Shown here: piece by piece, positions 33,926 through 48,399 of the stretch | Layout of the letters: each line of letters begins with the position of its first letter | How positions within the stretch are numbered: the stretch's first letter is position 1 | NCBI RefSeq assembly: GCF_009914755.1 | Contig: NC_060936.1 | Length of the DNA: 64,000 nucleotides | Strand: one strand, 5' to 3' | Origin: the human T2T-CHM13v2.0 reference genome, Homo sapiens | The notes under the pieces: model-generated | The model's input: the letters and a program-made list of their open reading frames with translations, nothing else | Database searches by the model: none | What the model was told of the DNA's origin: nothing | Made by a program: the position numbers and the translations under genes

Positions 33926-35347
33926 GTAAGTGCCATGCATTCATAATTCTGAAAAATAACGTATTCTGTAATAGTGAAAGGGTTGTATGATTCGTGCCTT
34001 TTACACTTTAAAAAAATGATATAGGTAAGTTTTTTAGGTGTTAAAAAACACAGTTTGTATTACAGTGGAACATGTAAAAAGGATGTTTTAAATTGTTCCC
34101 AAGTAGGCCTGCTTTCAAGAAGGGTGAAAGACAGCCTCTTACATTCGCTGAAGTACTGTTTGTCTGTTTTATTCCCTAATTACATTTAAGTATAGTTTTT
34201 TATTAGTCTTGCTTAGCCTATCATTTTCTGTTTACTAGTCTTTGCTAACAAAATCTGTGTGAAGAACCTTGCAAACCATAATTATACTTTTATATACTGT
34301 GAACTAGTTTATCTTATATTTTTGCTGATGTCATTTTACATAGTTTCAGATTAATGCTCAAGTGTTGACTACCTGAATGCCACATTGATAATCGGTCATG
34401 TTGTATTTTCTCTCTAAGCTGACATGGTCTCAGAATTCTGTACGCATTAATCTGTGCATCTATTCTCAGTCATTTGCAATTGGCATTTAATATGAAATCT
34501 ATTTGACATCCCTGTGTTAACACTGATGTTACTGTTCAGTCATTTCTTTGATTATTCATTCATTACAATATATAGTGAGTACCAGTTAATACCAACCATT
34601 GTTCTAGGTGCTAGCTGCTGAGGTTAGAGCAGTGCCTGAATCAGACAAAAAGCCCTATCGTCATGGGTCCTACATTCTAGTGGGAGGAAAACAGGTATTA
34701 AATAAACAGAACAAGGAAGTATAAGGTAGTGATTAAGTGCTATAGAGACAAACAAAGTGGGGCAGGGAGCATCTTTGGTGGGACGAGATGGTTGGAGTTT
34801 TAGATACTGATATCAAAATGTCAGTCAGGAAATGCTTTCTGAGCATTTGGAGACCTAAAGGGGTAAAGGAGTGATCTAAGGGAAGGATATTATATGTAGA
34901 GGGAGCAGTGAGGACAAAGGCCCTCAGGTAAGTACATGGCTGAAAAACAGCAAGAAGTCCAGTGTGACTAGAGTAGAGTGAACAAGAGGACGAGGAGTGG
35001 GAGATGAGATCAGAGAAGTTAATAGGGGACTAGGTCATATAGGGACTTGTGGGTAACTATGAGGGCTTCAGATTATTAAACTGAGATTTGAAGTCATTTG
35101 TGAGTTTTGAGCAAAGGAATGACATCAGATTTAACTTCTTTAAAATGTTTAATTTTGTGGGTATATTGTAGGTATATATATTTACTGGGTACATGGGATA
35201 TTTTGATACAGGCATACAATGTCTAAAAATTACATCCAGGAAATGAGATATCGATCACCTCAAGCATTTACCCTTTTTGTTACAAATAATCCAAATATAC
35301 TCTTTTAGTTATTTTTAAATGTACAATTACATTATTATTGACTATAG

Positions 35348-35815
<468 letters not shown>

Positions 35816-37364
35816 TAGCTCCCACAAATAAGTGAGAATATATAATGTTTATCTTTCTGTGCCTGGCTTACTTCACTTAATATAATGACCTTAAGTTCCA
35901 TCCATGTTGTTTGGAATGACAGGATTTCATTCCTTTTTTATGGCTGAATAGTACTCTCTTGTGTATATGTACCATATTTTCTTTATCCATTCATCTGTTG
36001 ATGGACACTTGGGTTGCTTTCAAATCTTGGCTATTGTGAATAGTACTGCAATAACATAAACATGGAAGTGCAGATATCTTTTTGATATACTGACTTATTT
36101 TCTTTTGGATATATACCTAGCAGTGGGATTGCTGGATCATATAGCTCTATTTTTTGTTTTTTGAGGAATCTCCAAACTGTTGGCCATAGTGGTTTTACTA
36201 ATTTACATTCCCACCAACAGTATATAAGGGTTCCCTTTTCTCTGCATCCTCGCCTGCATTTGTTATTGCCTGTCTTTTCGATAACAGCCATTTTAACAGG
36301 CATGAGATGACATCTCATTGTAGTTTTAATTTGCATTTTTCTGATGATCAGTGATGTTGAGCACCTTTTCGTATACCTGTTTGCCATTTGTATGTCATCT
36401 TTTGATAAATGTCTATTCAGATCTTTTGCCCGTTTTAAAATCAGATTCTTAAGGAGTTGTTCGAGCTCCTTATATATTCTGATTATTAATTCTTTGACAG
36501 ATGGGTAGTTTGCAGATATTTTCTTCCATTCTGTGTGTTGTCTCTTCACTTTGTTGTTTCCTTTGTGGTACAGAAGTTTTTTAACTTGATGTGATCCCGT
36601 TAATCCATTTTTGCCTTGGTTGCCTGTGTTTATAGGGTATTACACAAGAAATCTTTGTCCAGTCCAGTGTCCTAGAGAGTTTCCCCAATGTTTTCTTTTA
36701 GTAGTTTAATAGTTTGAGATCTTAGATTTAAGTCTTTAATCCATTTTAATTTGATTTTTGTATATGGCGAGAGATAGGAGTCTAGTTTCATTCTTCTGCA
36801 TATAGATATCCAGATTTCCTGGCACTATTTATTGAAGAGACCATTTTTTTCCTCAAGTATATATTCTTGGCACCTTTGTCAAAAATGAGTTCCCTGTAAG
36901 TGTGTGGATTTGTTTCTGGGTTCTCTAGTCTGTTCCGTTGGTTTATGTGTCTCTTTTTCTGCAAGTACCATGCTGTTGTGGTTACTATAGCTCTGTAGTA
37001 TAATTTGAAGTCAGGTGATTCCTCCAGTTTTGTTCTTTTTGCGGAGGATAACTTAGGCTATTCTGGATCTTTTGTGGTTCCACATAAAATTTTAGGTTTT
37101 GTTTTTTTTTTTTCTATTTCTGTGAAGAATATCATTTGTATTTTCATAGGGATTGCAGTGAATCTGTAGATTGCTTTGGGAAGTATGGGCATTTTAACAA
37201 TATTGATTTTCCAGTTCATGAACATGGAATATCTTTCCTTTTCTGTGTGTTCTCTTCCGTTTCTTTCATTACTGTTTTATATTTCTCATTGTACATATCT
37301 TTCACTTCTTTGGTTAATTCCTAGTTATTTAATTTGTAGCTGTGGTAAATGAGATTACTTTCTT

Positions 37365-38884
37365 TTTTTTTATTTAATTTTTTAGTATTTATTGATCATT
37401 CTTGGGTGTTTCTCGGAGAGGGGGATTTGGCAGGATCATAGGACAATAGTGGAGGGAAGGTCAGCAGATAAACATGTGAACAAAGGTCTCTGGTTTTCCT
37501 AGGCAGAGGGCCCTGCTGCCTTCCCGCAGTGTTTGTGTCCCTGGGTACTTGAGATTAGGGAGTATGCTGCCTTCAAGCATCTGTTTAACAAAGCACATCT
37601 TGCGCCGCCCTTAATCCATTTAACCCTTAGTGGACACAGCACATGTTTCAGAGAGCACGGGGTTGGGGGTAAGGTTATGGATTAACAGCATCCCAAGGCA
37701 GAAGAATTTTTCTTAGTACACAACAAAATGGAGTCTCCTATGTCTACTTCTTTCTACACAGACACAGTAACAATCTGATCTCTCTTTCTTTTCCCCACAT
37801 TTCCCCCTTTTCTATTCGACAAAACCGCCATCGTCATCATGGCCCGTTCTCAATGAGCTGTTAGGTACACCTCCCAGACGGGGTGGCGGCCGGGCAGAGG
37901 GGCTCCTCACTTCCCAGACAGGGTGGCCGGGCAGGGGCGCCACCCACCTCCCAGACAGGGCGGCGGCCGGGCGGGGGCTGCCCCCCACCTCCCGGACGGG
38001 GCAGCTGGCCGGGCGGGGGCTGCCCCCCACCTCCCGGAGGGGGCGGCTGCCGGGCGGAGACGCTCCTCACTTCCCTGACGGGGTGGCTGCTGGGCGGAGG
38101 GGCTCCTCACTTCCCAGACGGGGAGGCTGCCGGGCGTAGGGGCTCCTCACTTCTCAGACGGGGCGGCCGGTCAGAGATGCTCCTCACCTCCCAGACGGGG
38201 TGGCGGCGGGGCAGAGACACTCCTCAGTTTCCAGATGGGGTCGCGGCCGGGCAGAGGCGCTCTTCACATCTCAGATGGGGCGGCGGGGCAGAGGCGCTCC
38301 CCACATCCCAGAGGATGGGCGGCCGGGCAGAGACGCTCCTCACTTCCTAGACGGGATGACGGCCGGGAAGAGGCGCTCCTCACTTCCCAGACTGGGCGGC
38401 TGGGCAGAGGGGCTCCTCACATCCCAGACGATGGGCGGCCAGGCAGAGACGCTCCTCACTTCCTAGATGGGGTGGCGGCCGGGCAGAGGCTGTAATCTCG
38501 GCACTTTGGGAGGCCAAGGCAGGCGGCTGGGAGATGGAGGTTGTAGCGAGCAGAGATCACGCCACTGCACTCCAGCCTGGGCAACATTGAGCACTGAGTG
38601 AGCGAGACTCCGTCTGCAATCCCGGCACCTCGGGAGGCCAAGGCTGGCAGATCACTCGCGGTCAGGAGCTGGAGACCAGCCCAGCCAACACGGCGAAACC
38701 CCGTCTCCACCAAAAAATACAAAAACTGGTCAGGCGTGGTGGTGCGCGCCTGCAATCCCAGGCACTCGGCAGGCTGAGGCAGGAGAATCAGGCAGGGAGG
38801 TTGCAGTGAGCCGAGATGGCGGCAGTACAGTCCAGCCTGGGCTCGGCATCAGAGGGAGACCGCGCAGAGAGGGAGGGGGAGGGG
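37365..38884 (-). mobile_element. Full-length SVA, older (A-C-like) subfamily
   Basis: T tail, SINE-R, GC-rich VNTR about 37866-38490, Alu-like region, short (GGGAGG/GGGAGA) head; TSD 37351-37364 / 38885-38898 (12/14). Confidence 0.95.
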
Positions 38885-39130
38885 GAGACTTCTTTCTTGA
38901 TTTCATTTTCAGATTGTTCACTGTTGGCATACAGAGATGCTACTGATTTTTTTGTATGTTGATTTTGTATCCTGCAGTTTTACTGAATTTGTTTATCAAC
39001 TCTTAATAGCTTTTTTGGTGGAGTCTTTAGGTTTTTCCAAATATAATATCATCTACAGGCTGGGTGTGGTGGCTCACGCCTGTAATCCCAGCACTTTGGG
39101 AGGCCAAGGCAGATGGATCACCTGAGGTCA

Positions 39131-39373
<243 letters not shown>

Positions 39374-42369
39374 CTACAAACAAGGCTAATTTGACTTCTG
39401 CTGAATTTTATCAGATCCTTTTTCAGCATCAATTGAAATGATCATATGGTTTTTGTCCATCATTCTGTCGATATGAGGTATCACATTGATTTGCTCATGT
39501 TGAGCGATTCTTACATCCCTGGGATAAATCCCGCTTGGTCACGATGAATGATCTTTTTAAGGTGTTGTTGAATTCTTTTTGCTAGTGTTTTGTTATGGAT
39601 TTTTGCATCAGTGTTCATCAGGGATATTGGCCTGTGGTTTTCTTTTTTTGATGTACCTTTGGTTTTGGTGTCTAGGTAATACTGGCCTCATAGAATGAGT
39701 TTGGAAGTATTATTTTCTCAATTTTTTGGAATAGTTTGAGTAGGGTTGGTATTAGTTCTTCTTCAAATGTTTGGTAAAATTCAACAGTGAAGCCATTGGG
39801 TCCTGGGCTTTTCTTTGCTGGGAGACTTTTTACTACAGCTTCAATCTTGTTGCTTGTTACTGGTCTGTTCAGGTTTTGGATTTCTTCATGATTCAATCTT
39901 GGTAGGTTGTATGTGTCTAGGAATTTATCCATTTCTTCTAGATTTTCTAATTTATTGGCATATAATTGCTCATAGTGGCCACTAATGATCCTTTGAATTT
40001 CTGCACTGTCAGTTTTAATGTCTCCTTTTTCATCCTTTGAGTTTTCTCTTTTTTCTTAATCTGGCTAAAAATTTGTCAGTTTTGTTTATCTTTTCAGAAA
40101 ACCAACTTCTTGTTTCATTGAGCTTGTATTTTTTCTTCATTTCAATTTTATTTATTTTTACTCTGATCTTTTTTCCTCTACTAACTTTGGGTTTGGTTTG
40201 CTCTTGCTTTTCTCATTTTTTACAATACATCGTTAGATATTTTATTTGAAGTTTTTCCTCTATTTTGCTACAGACATTTAAAGCTACACATTTCCCTCTG
40301 AGTACTGCTTTTGCTGTGTTGTTTCCATTATCTGTTTCAATAAATTTTTCAGTTTCCATCTGTCCTTCCTTCCTTCCTTTCCTCCTTCCCTCCTTTCTTT
40401 CTTTCTAACTTTTTTGGAGCTGGGGATCTCGCTGTGTTTACCAGGCTGGTCTTGAACTCTTGTCCTCAAGCGATCCTCCCACCTCAGCCTCCCAAAGTGC
40501 TGGGATTATAGGTGTGAGCCTCTGCACCTGACCCAATTTTTCAATTCTTAATCTCTTCATTGACCCACTGGTCATTCAGAAGCATATTGTTTAAATTCCA
40601 TGTGTTTGTATAGTTTCCAGAATTCCTCTTGTTATTGATTTCTAATTTTATTCCATTGTAGTCAGAGAAGATACTTCACATTACTTGCTTTTTTAAAAAA
40701 AAATGTTTTATGACTTGTTTTGTGGCCTAACATATGGTCTTTATCCTTGAGAATGATCCATGAGGTCAGGAGAAGAATGTGTATTCTGTAGCCATTTGAT
40801 GAAATGTTCTGTAAATACCTATTAGGTCCATTTGGCCTATTTTGCAGATTAAGTCCAATGGTATTTTTTTGTTGATTTTCTGTCTGGATGATCTGTTCAG
40901 TGCTGAAAGTTGGATGTTGACGATGCCAGGTATTGTTGTATTGGGGTCTATCTCTCTTAAACTCTAATAATATTTGCTTTATGTATCTGACTGCTCCACT
41001 GTTGGGTGCATATATGTTTACAATTGTTATATCCTCTTGCTGAATTGACTCCTTTATTATTATATAATGACCCTGTCTCTTTTTATAGTTTTTGTTGTGC
41101 AATATGTTTGTCTGATGTCAGTATTGCTACTCCTGCTCTTTTTTGATTTTGCATGCAATATCTTTTTTTTTCATTTGCATGCAATATCTTTTTCCATCCC
41201 TTTATTTTCAGTCTACGTGTGTCTTTATAGGTGAAGTGTGTTTCCTGGAGGCAGTACATCACTGGGTCTTGTTTTTTCATCCATTCAGCCACTCTGTGTC
41301 TTTTGATTGGAGACTTTAGTCCATTTACATTCACTGATATTGATATTTACATTCATTAGTATTGATAAGTAAGGACTTCCACCATTTTATTTTTCTGATT
41401 GTTTGATGGTCTTCTCTTTCTTCTTTCCTTCCTTCCTGTTTTCCTTTTAGTGAAGGTGATTTTTTCTGGTGGTATATTTTAATTTCTTTTTATTTTTGTG
41501 TTTCTCTTTTATGTTTCTAGGTTTGAGCTTACCATGAAGCTTGCAAATAATATCCTATAACCCGTTGTTTTAAACTGATGACAGCTTAACACTGATTGCA
41601 TAAACAAGCAAGCAAAAAGAAAGCAATAAACACTTTATATTTTAACTTCATCTCCCCACTTTTAACTTTTTGTTGTTTCTATTTATATCTTATTGCTATC
41701 TATGTCTTGAAAAATTGTAGTTATTATTTTTGATCGGTTCATCTTTTCATATTTCTACCTAAGACTTGTGTAGTTTACAAACTGCAATTACAATGTAATA
41801 ATATTCTTTGTTTTTCTGTTTACTTGCCAGTGAGTTTTGTATCTTCAGATGATTTCACATTACTTATTAACATGCTTTTCTTTCAGATTGAAGAACTCTT
41901 CAGCATTTCTTGTAGGGCAGCTCTGGTGTTGATGAAATCTCTCAGCTTTTGTTTGGGAAAGCATTTCTCCATGTTCGAAGGCTATTTTCACCAGATGTAC
42001 TATTCTAGGACAAAAGGCTTTTTTTCCTTCAGCACTTTAAATGTCATGCCACTTTCTACTGGCCTATAAAGTTTCCACTGAAAAGTCCACTACCAGATGT
42101 ATTAGAGCTCCATTGTATGTTACTTGTTTTTGTGTTTATTTCCTCTTGTTGTTTTTAGGATCCTTTCTTTATCCTTGAGATTTATGAGTTTGATTATAAA
42201 CTGCCTTGAGGTAGTCTTCTGTGTGTTAAATCTCCTTGGTGTTCTATAACCTTCTTGTACTTGAATATTGATATTTTTCCCTGAATTTGGGAAGTTCTCT
42301 ATTATTATCCCTTTGAATAAACTTTCTACTCCTCTCTCTCTCTATCTCCTCTTTAATTAAGGTCAATAA

Positions 42370-42555
<186 letters not shown>

Positions 42556-43629
42556 TAATTTTTTTTTTTTTTTTTTTTTTTGGTGGAGATGAGGTTTTGC
42601 CATGTTGCCCAGGCTAGTCTCGAACTCCTGGGCTCAAGCAGTCCTCCCTCCTTGGCCTCCCAAAGTGCTGGGATCATAGGTGTGAGCTGCTGCACCTGGC
42701 CTGGATTTCCCCTTTTCTAGGTTATTTTCTAGAACTTGTAGATGTGCTTCATTTTCTCTTGTCTCCTCTCACTGTGAATTTGCAAATAGCCTCTCTTCAA
42801 GCCCACTAATTCTTTGTTCTGCTTGATCAGTTCTGCTATTAAGTGACTGATGCATTCTTCCATATGTCAGTGGTGTTTTCAACTCCAGCATTTCTGCTCG
42901 ATTCTTTTAATTTCCATTTATTTATTAAATTTATGTGATAGGATTCTAAATTCTTTATCTGTGTTATCTTGAATTTCTTTTGAGTTTCCTCAAAACAGCT
43001 ATTTTGAGTTATCTTTCTGAAAGGTCACATATCTCTGTTAGAGATTGGTCACTGATGCCTTATTTAGCTCGTTTGGTGAGGTCATGTTTTCCTGGATGGT
43101 CTTGATACTTGTTGATATTCATCAATGTCTGGGCATTGCAGAGTTAGGTTTTTATTGTAGTCTTTGTAATCTAGGTTTGTTGTACCTGTCCTTGGGCAGG
43201 CTTTCCAGGTATTTGAAGGAACTTAGGTGTTGTGATCTAAATTTTTGGTCACTGCAGCCATATCTGCATTAGGGGATACCCCAAGGCCCAGTAATGCTGT
43301 GGTTCTTGCAGATTTGTAGGGTACGACTTTGGTGGTCTTGGATAAGATCCAGAAGAATCCTCTGGATTAGCAGGCAGAGACTCTTGTTCTCGTCCCTTAC
43401 TTTCTCCCAAACAAACGGAGTTTCTGTTTCTGTGCTGAACTGCCTAGACCTGAGGAGGGATGACACAAGCACCCCTTTAGCCACCACCACTGGGACTGCC
43501 TTAGGTCAGACTTGAAGCCAGCACATTACTGGGTCTTGCCCAAGGCCCACTGTAACCACTGCCTGGCTGCCACCTATGTTTGTGTGAGGCCCTAAGGCTC
43601 TATAATCAGCAGGTGATGAAGTCAGCCAG

Positions 43630-44735
43630 TATCAGGGGAAATTCAGCCAGATATCGGGTGAAATTCACCCCCAATATTTCACGTAGGTTCTTTCCTATTT
43701 TCCCTAAGTGCCGGCCAGTCTGAGAAATAAAGGGACAGAGTACGAAAGAGAGAAATTTTAAAGCTGGGTGTCCAGGGGAGACATCACATGTCGGCAGGGT
43801 CCATGATGCCCCACAAGCCACAAAACCAGCAAGTTTTTATTAGTGATTTTCAAAAGGGGAGGGAGTGTATGAATAGGGTCTGGGTCACAGAGATCACATG
43901 CTTCACAAGGTAATAAGATATCACAAGGCAAATGGAGGCAGGGTGAGATCACAGGACCGGGGCAAAACTAAAATTGCTAATGAAGTTTTGGGCACATATT
44001 GTCATTGATAACATCTTATCAGGAGACAGGGTTTGAGAGCAGGCAACCGGTCTGACCAAAATTTATTAGGCAGGAATTTCCTAGTCCTAATAAGCCTGGG
44101 AGTGCTACGGGAGACTGGGGCTAATTTCATCCCTACAGCTGCGACCGTAAAAGACAGCCGCCCCTGAAGCAGCCATTTCAGAGGCTTACCCTCAGGGACA
44201 CATTCTCTTTCTCAGGGATGTTCCTTGCTGAGAAAAAGAATTCAGCGATATTTCTGTCATTTGCTTTTGAAAGAAGAGAAATACGGCTCTGTTCTGCCCG
44301 GCTCACCGGCAGTCAGAGTTTAAGGTTATCTCTCTTGTTCCTTGAACCAATTGCTGTTATCCTGTTCTTTTTTCAAGGTGCCCAGATTTCATATTGTTCA
44401 AACACACATGCTCTACAAACAATTTGTGCAGTTAACGCAATCATCACAGGGTCCTGAGGTGACATACATCCTCCTCAGCTTACAAAGATGACGGGATTAA
44501 GAGATTAAAGTAAAGACAGGCATAGGAAATCACAAGGGTATTGATTGGGGAAGTGATAAGTGTCCATGAAATCTTCACAATTTATGTTCAGAGATTGTAG
44601 TAAAGACAGGCGTAAGAAATTATAAAAGTATTAATTTGGGGAACTAATAGATGTCCATGAAATCTTCACAATTTATGTTCTTCTGCCATGGCTTCAGCCG
44701 TTCCCTCCGTTCGGGGTTCCTGACTTCCCGCAACA
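43630..44735 (-). mobile_element. MER11 LTR (3' LTR of HERV-K11/HML-8)
   Basis: Minus strand starts TGTTGCGGGAAGTCAGG and ends CCCCTGATA; tandem U3 repeat; preceded by polypurine tract AAAAAGAAAGGGAGAGA. Confidence 0.93.
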
Positions 44736-45224
44736 TCTCTCCCTTTCTTTTTATATAAATGTGCCATGGTGATGAAGGCTTGTTCATTCTCTTGATTTTT
44801 ACCCAGGATTCTTTGACTGGTCCGGCACACTAAAAACAAGCTGATTAAACAGAGAAATGTAATTCCACAATTTACTACAGTGGAGCCCCCAATAGACTTA
44901 ATCCAAGTCGTGGGGTTTAATCCATAAAGATTTTCTGCCACCTGATCTAACGCCTCAGCTCCAGGCACAATGGATAAGTGAGCTTGAGAGGCTTCAAAAA
45001 TTTGTTTCTTTAATTTAGTTATGTCCAATGATAAATTATCTTCCCTACCCAGAAGGCGTCCTTTGACCATTTCCCATGAATAATCAGTCTCATTATAGGA
45101 ATAGGGGATGATACAGAAATCCAAAGTATTCCAGTTGCACTGCATTTGCATGTGATGTTCGAGACTCACCACCCAATCTCCAAGCCAAATAACAGACTGT
45201 CTTAAATCATTAATTTGATTAGCT
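44666..45224 (-). pseudogene. HERV-K-type env transmembrane subunit remnant with open frame
   Basis: ANQINDLRQSVIWLGD...CNWNTLDFC...GREDNLSLDITKLKKQIFEASQAHL...hydrophobic span...KKKGRDV; collinear with HML-2 Env TM as recalled. Confidence 0.93.
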
Positions 45225-47976
45225 TGTGTCCATCCCTTAAGGGCACTGAGTTTCCCTGGGCTGCGGGTAGGTCCAGAGATTCTGTCCAGGAGCCAGGGCC
45301 TGGAGTTGGAAACCTTAGGAATAATCCTGGTGCTCTGTTTTACTGTGGCTGAGCTGGCACCCAAGCTACAAGACAGCATCCTTCCCATTCTTCCCTCCCC
45401 TTTTTCCAGGCAGATGATTCTTTCCGTGTCCACCACTACCACAGGCCCACAAGGAGTTCTGTCAGGGTACCACAAATATTTACTTAAGGCCCAAGGGCTC
45501 TTCAGTCAGCTTGTGTTGAATACTGCCAGGCCTGGGACTTTCCCTTCAGGGCAGTGGGCTCCTCTTGGCCTAGGTAGGTCCAGAGATGCCATCCAAGGGC
45601 CAAGGCGTGGAATTGGGGAGTTGGTACCAAAGCTTAAGAGAAAGTCCCCTTTACTCTTTCCTGTGTGTGGAGGCTGTCCCAGTAATTCAGATTTGGTAGA
45701 ATGGTGGCTTGGACCAGAGTGATAGCAATGGGAGAAGACATTAGATTTTGGACCTGATTTGAAAATAGGTACAGGAGGATTTGCTGATGTTTTGAATAAT
45801 GAGGTATTGGAGAAAGAAAAGCAAAGGATGACTTACATGGTTTTGGGCCTGAGGAACTCCAAAAAAGTCATTGCTTTTTACACAGGTGGGAGGTCTTGGA
45901 GGAACAGGTTTTTGCAATTCAGAGTACAGCTTTGGCGGCCAGGTGTGATGGCTCATGCCTATAATCGCAGCACATTAGGGGGGCTAGCATGGGAGGATTG
46001 CCTGAGCCCAGGACTTCAAGACTAGCCTGAGCAATGTAGTGAGACCCCATCTCTACAAAAAAAAATTTTTTAATTTTCTGGGTGTGGTGGCACATTCCTG
46101 TAGTACCAGCTACTCAGGAGGCTGAGGTTGGGGGATTACTTGAGCCCAGGAGGGCAAGGCTTTAATGAGCTGTTGTCATGTGACTGCACGCCAGACTGAA
46201 CAATACAACAAGATTCTGTCTCAAAAAAAAAAAGTGCAAGTTTGGACATGATGGGTGTGGGATGTCTGTAAGACATGTAAGTTGAGATGTTGAGAAGGAT
46301 GTTGCACCATGGCATTCAAAGAGAGGAGAAGTGTAGGCTGGAGACATAAATTTGAAAGTTAATACAATTATAAATTATGAGACCAAATGGTATCATCAAA
46401 GGAGTAAGTGAAGATAGAAAAGAGGTCCAAAGACTGAGAGACCTGGGCACTCCAAAATTTAAAGATTGAGGAGATAACCAGCAAAGGGAATGAAGAACAA
46501 ACAGCAAATACGGAGGGAGAAAAACTAGGTGCATGTAATGTCCTCACAGGCAAGTGAAAAAAGTGTATCAGGAACTAGAGAGTGTCTCATACTGCTGATA
46601 GGTCAAGTAAGATGAGGGCCCAGTAATTGGATAGAGTAAGATGGAGCTCCTTGATGACTTTAACAGGAGCAGTGTAAGGAGAACAGTAAGGTCAGAAGAT
46701 GACTTGAAGTGGATAAGAGAACATCAGATAAGATAAATTGGAGACAGACACTGTGGGCAACTCTGTCTTGAAGCCTGGCTGTAAAGAGGAGCAGTAGTCT
46801 TTGAAGCAGTAACAGAAGCAAGATACGGGGTCAAGAGGGTATTGTTTTCAGGGGGAAATAAACTAGTATATTTGTAGGCTGAAAGGGAGTGATGCAATAA
46901 AAGAAGAGGTAGAGGGATGGTAATGAAGTGGGGAGGGAATTGCTGTTTAACAATTAGTGGTTATAGAAGTGTTTTGTTTATATTTTCATAAAACACTTGA
47001 TTAGGACTTAAAAGATCTGGGTACTAATTATAATTTTGTGACTTAGGTAGTCATTGAAAATTTGTATGCTTTAGTTTCTTTATCTGCAAAAATGTTATGA
47101 ACATAAAACAGTTAAGTATATGATCACTTTGAAAAGGTGAAAAGCACTACTGTGCTTCATTATTGATCACTCTCTTCTTTCTCTCATACCATGAAATGTG
47201 CCCATTCATGGCAGAAAATTCTCTTTTAAAATTCAAGTGCTCACATTTTTCTGTTTTTGACAAAACTATCATCATTTATTTATGTATAACAAGTAGTTAT
47301 AAATAATATGTTTTGTGAAAAGGCTATAAATCTGTTTCAATGTGTTAAATCTTACGTATGGAGCTGTATAACCTTGGGAAGTTTTTATCAATAAATTAAG
47401 TTTTCTGTGTGATCTTTAGTTCATTTTCTTAACAGTACCAAATCAATAAGGAAGAAAAGTCTAATTCCATAAATGGTGTTGGCATAATTGGTAAGCTTTT
47501 GGGAAGAAAACTTAATTTTGATCATCACTTCATAGTACTTACCAAAACAAATTCCAGTTTAGTTAAAGATATTTAAATGTTTTTTTGAAAATCAGCCAGC
47601 CTGTTTTTTGAAAAATTAGATTACTGGCTATCCTGGCTAGGAAGGACTTTCCAAATTTAAAGTGTTAGGAAAAATCACATTAAAATAAGGATAGACTTTA
47701 TTAAGTATATTTAATTTCTGCATTTCCAAAAGGCAAAGAAGAAAAGTTTGCAGAAAATATGGCAAAGAATTAATGTTTTTTTAAATGCTAAAATTGATAA
47801 ATAGAAAAACCTGTTAAACCTCAGTAGATAAATGGGCAGAAGGTATGGACAGACAGATAGAATAAGAGATCACCAGTAAATAAAATGATAAAATATCTGG
47901 CCCTGCTAATAATTTTAAAAATGCAAACCAAACAGTAGTGAATGACTATATTTGTCCTATTAAATTAGCAAAAGCA

Positions 47977-48226
47977 TTTTTTTTTCCCCTAGAGACAGGT
48001 TCTCGCTCTGTCACTCAGGCTGGGTTGCAGTGTCATGATCGTAGCTCACTGTAGCCTCAAACTTGGGGGCTCACATGATCCTCCTGCCTTGGCCCTCTAA
48101 CAGTAGCTAGGACTACAGGTATGTGCCACCATGTCTGGCTAATTTTTTTTTTTTTGTAGGGGCAGGTTTCTCCACCTCAGACTCCTAAAGTACTGGTATT
48201 ACAGGCATGAATCACCATGCCAGCCA
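47977..48226 (-). mobile_element. AluJ-type with internal deletion
   Basis: Right arm plus partial left arm. Confidence 0.82.
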
Positions 48227-48399
48227 GGAATTTTAAATAGTTGTACCGATTAAGAGTAGAGTAAACTTTGCACTCTCATGAATTGTTTTGTGAGTATAAA
48301 TTTAGCTCTTTAGGAAAGCTATCTGGGAATATTAATCAAAGGTCTAAAAAATATGTATAGTTTTAATAATCTGAGGGCATATGATAGTCAATATTTAGT

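Noticed and set aside
37812-38930. Overlapping Pro/Gly/Arg-rich ORFs with a repeat-spacer look
   Set aside because: SVA VNTR; GC-rich and stop-poor, no unique spacers and no cas genes, so not CRISPR
44510-44682. About 90-bp tandem duplication in the LTR
   Set aside because: As recalled, a normal feature of MER11 U3
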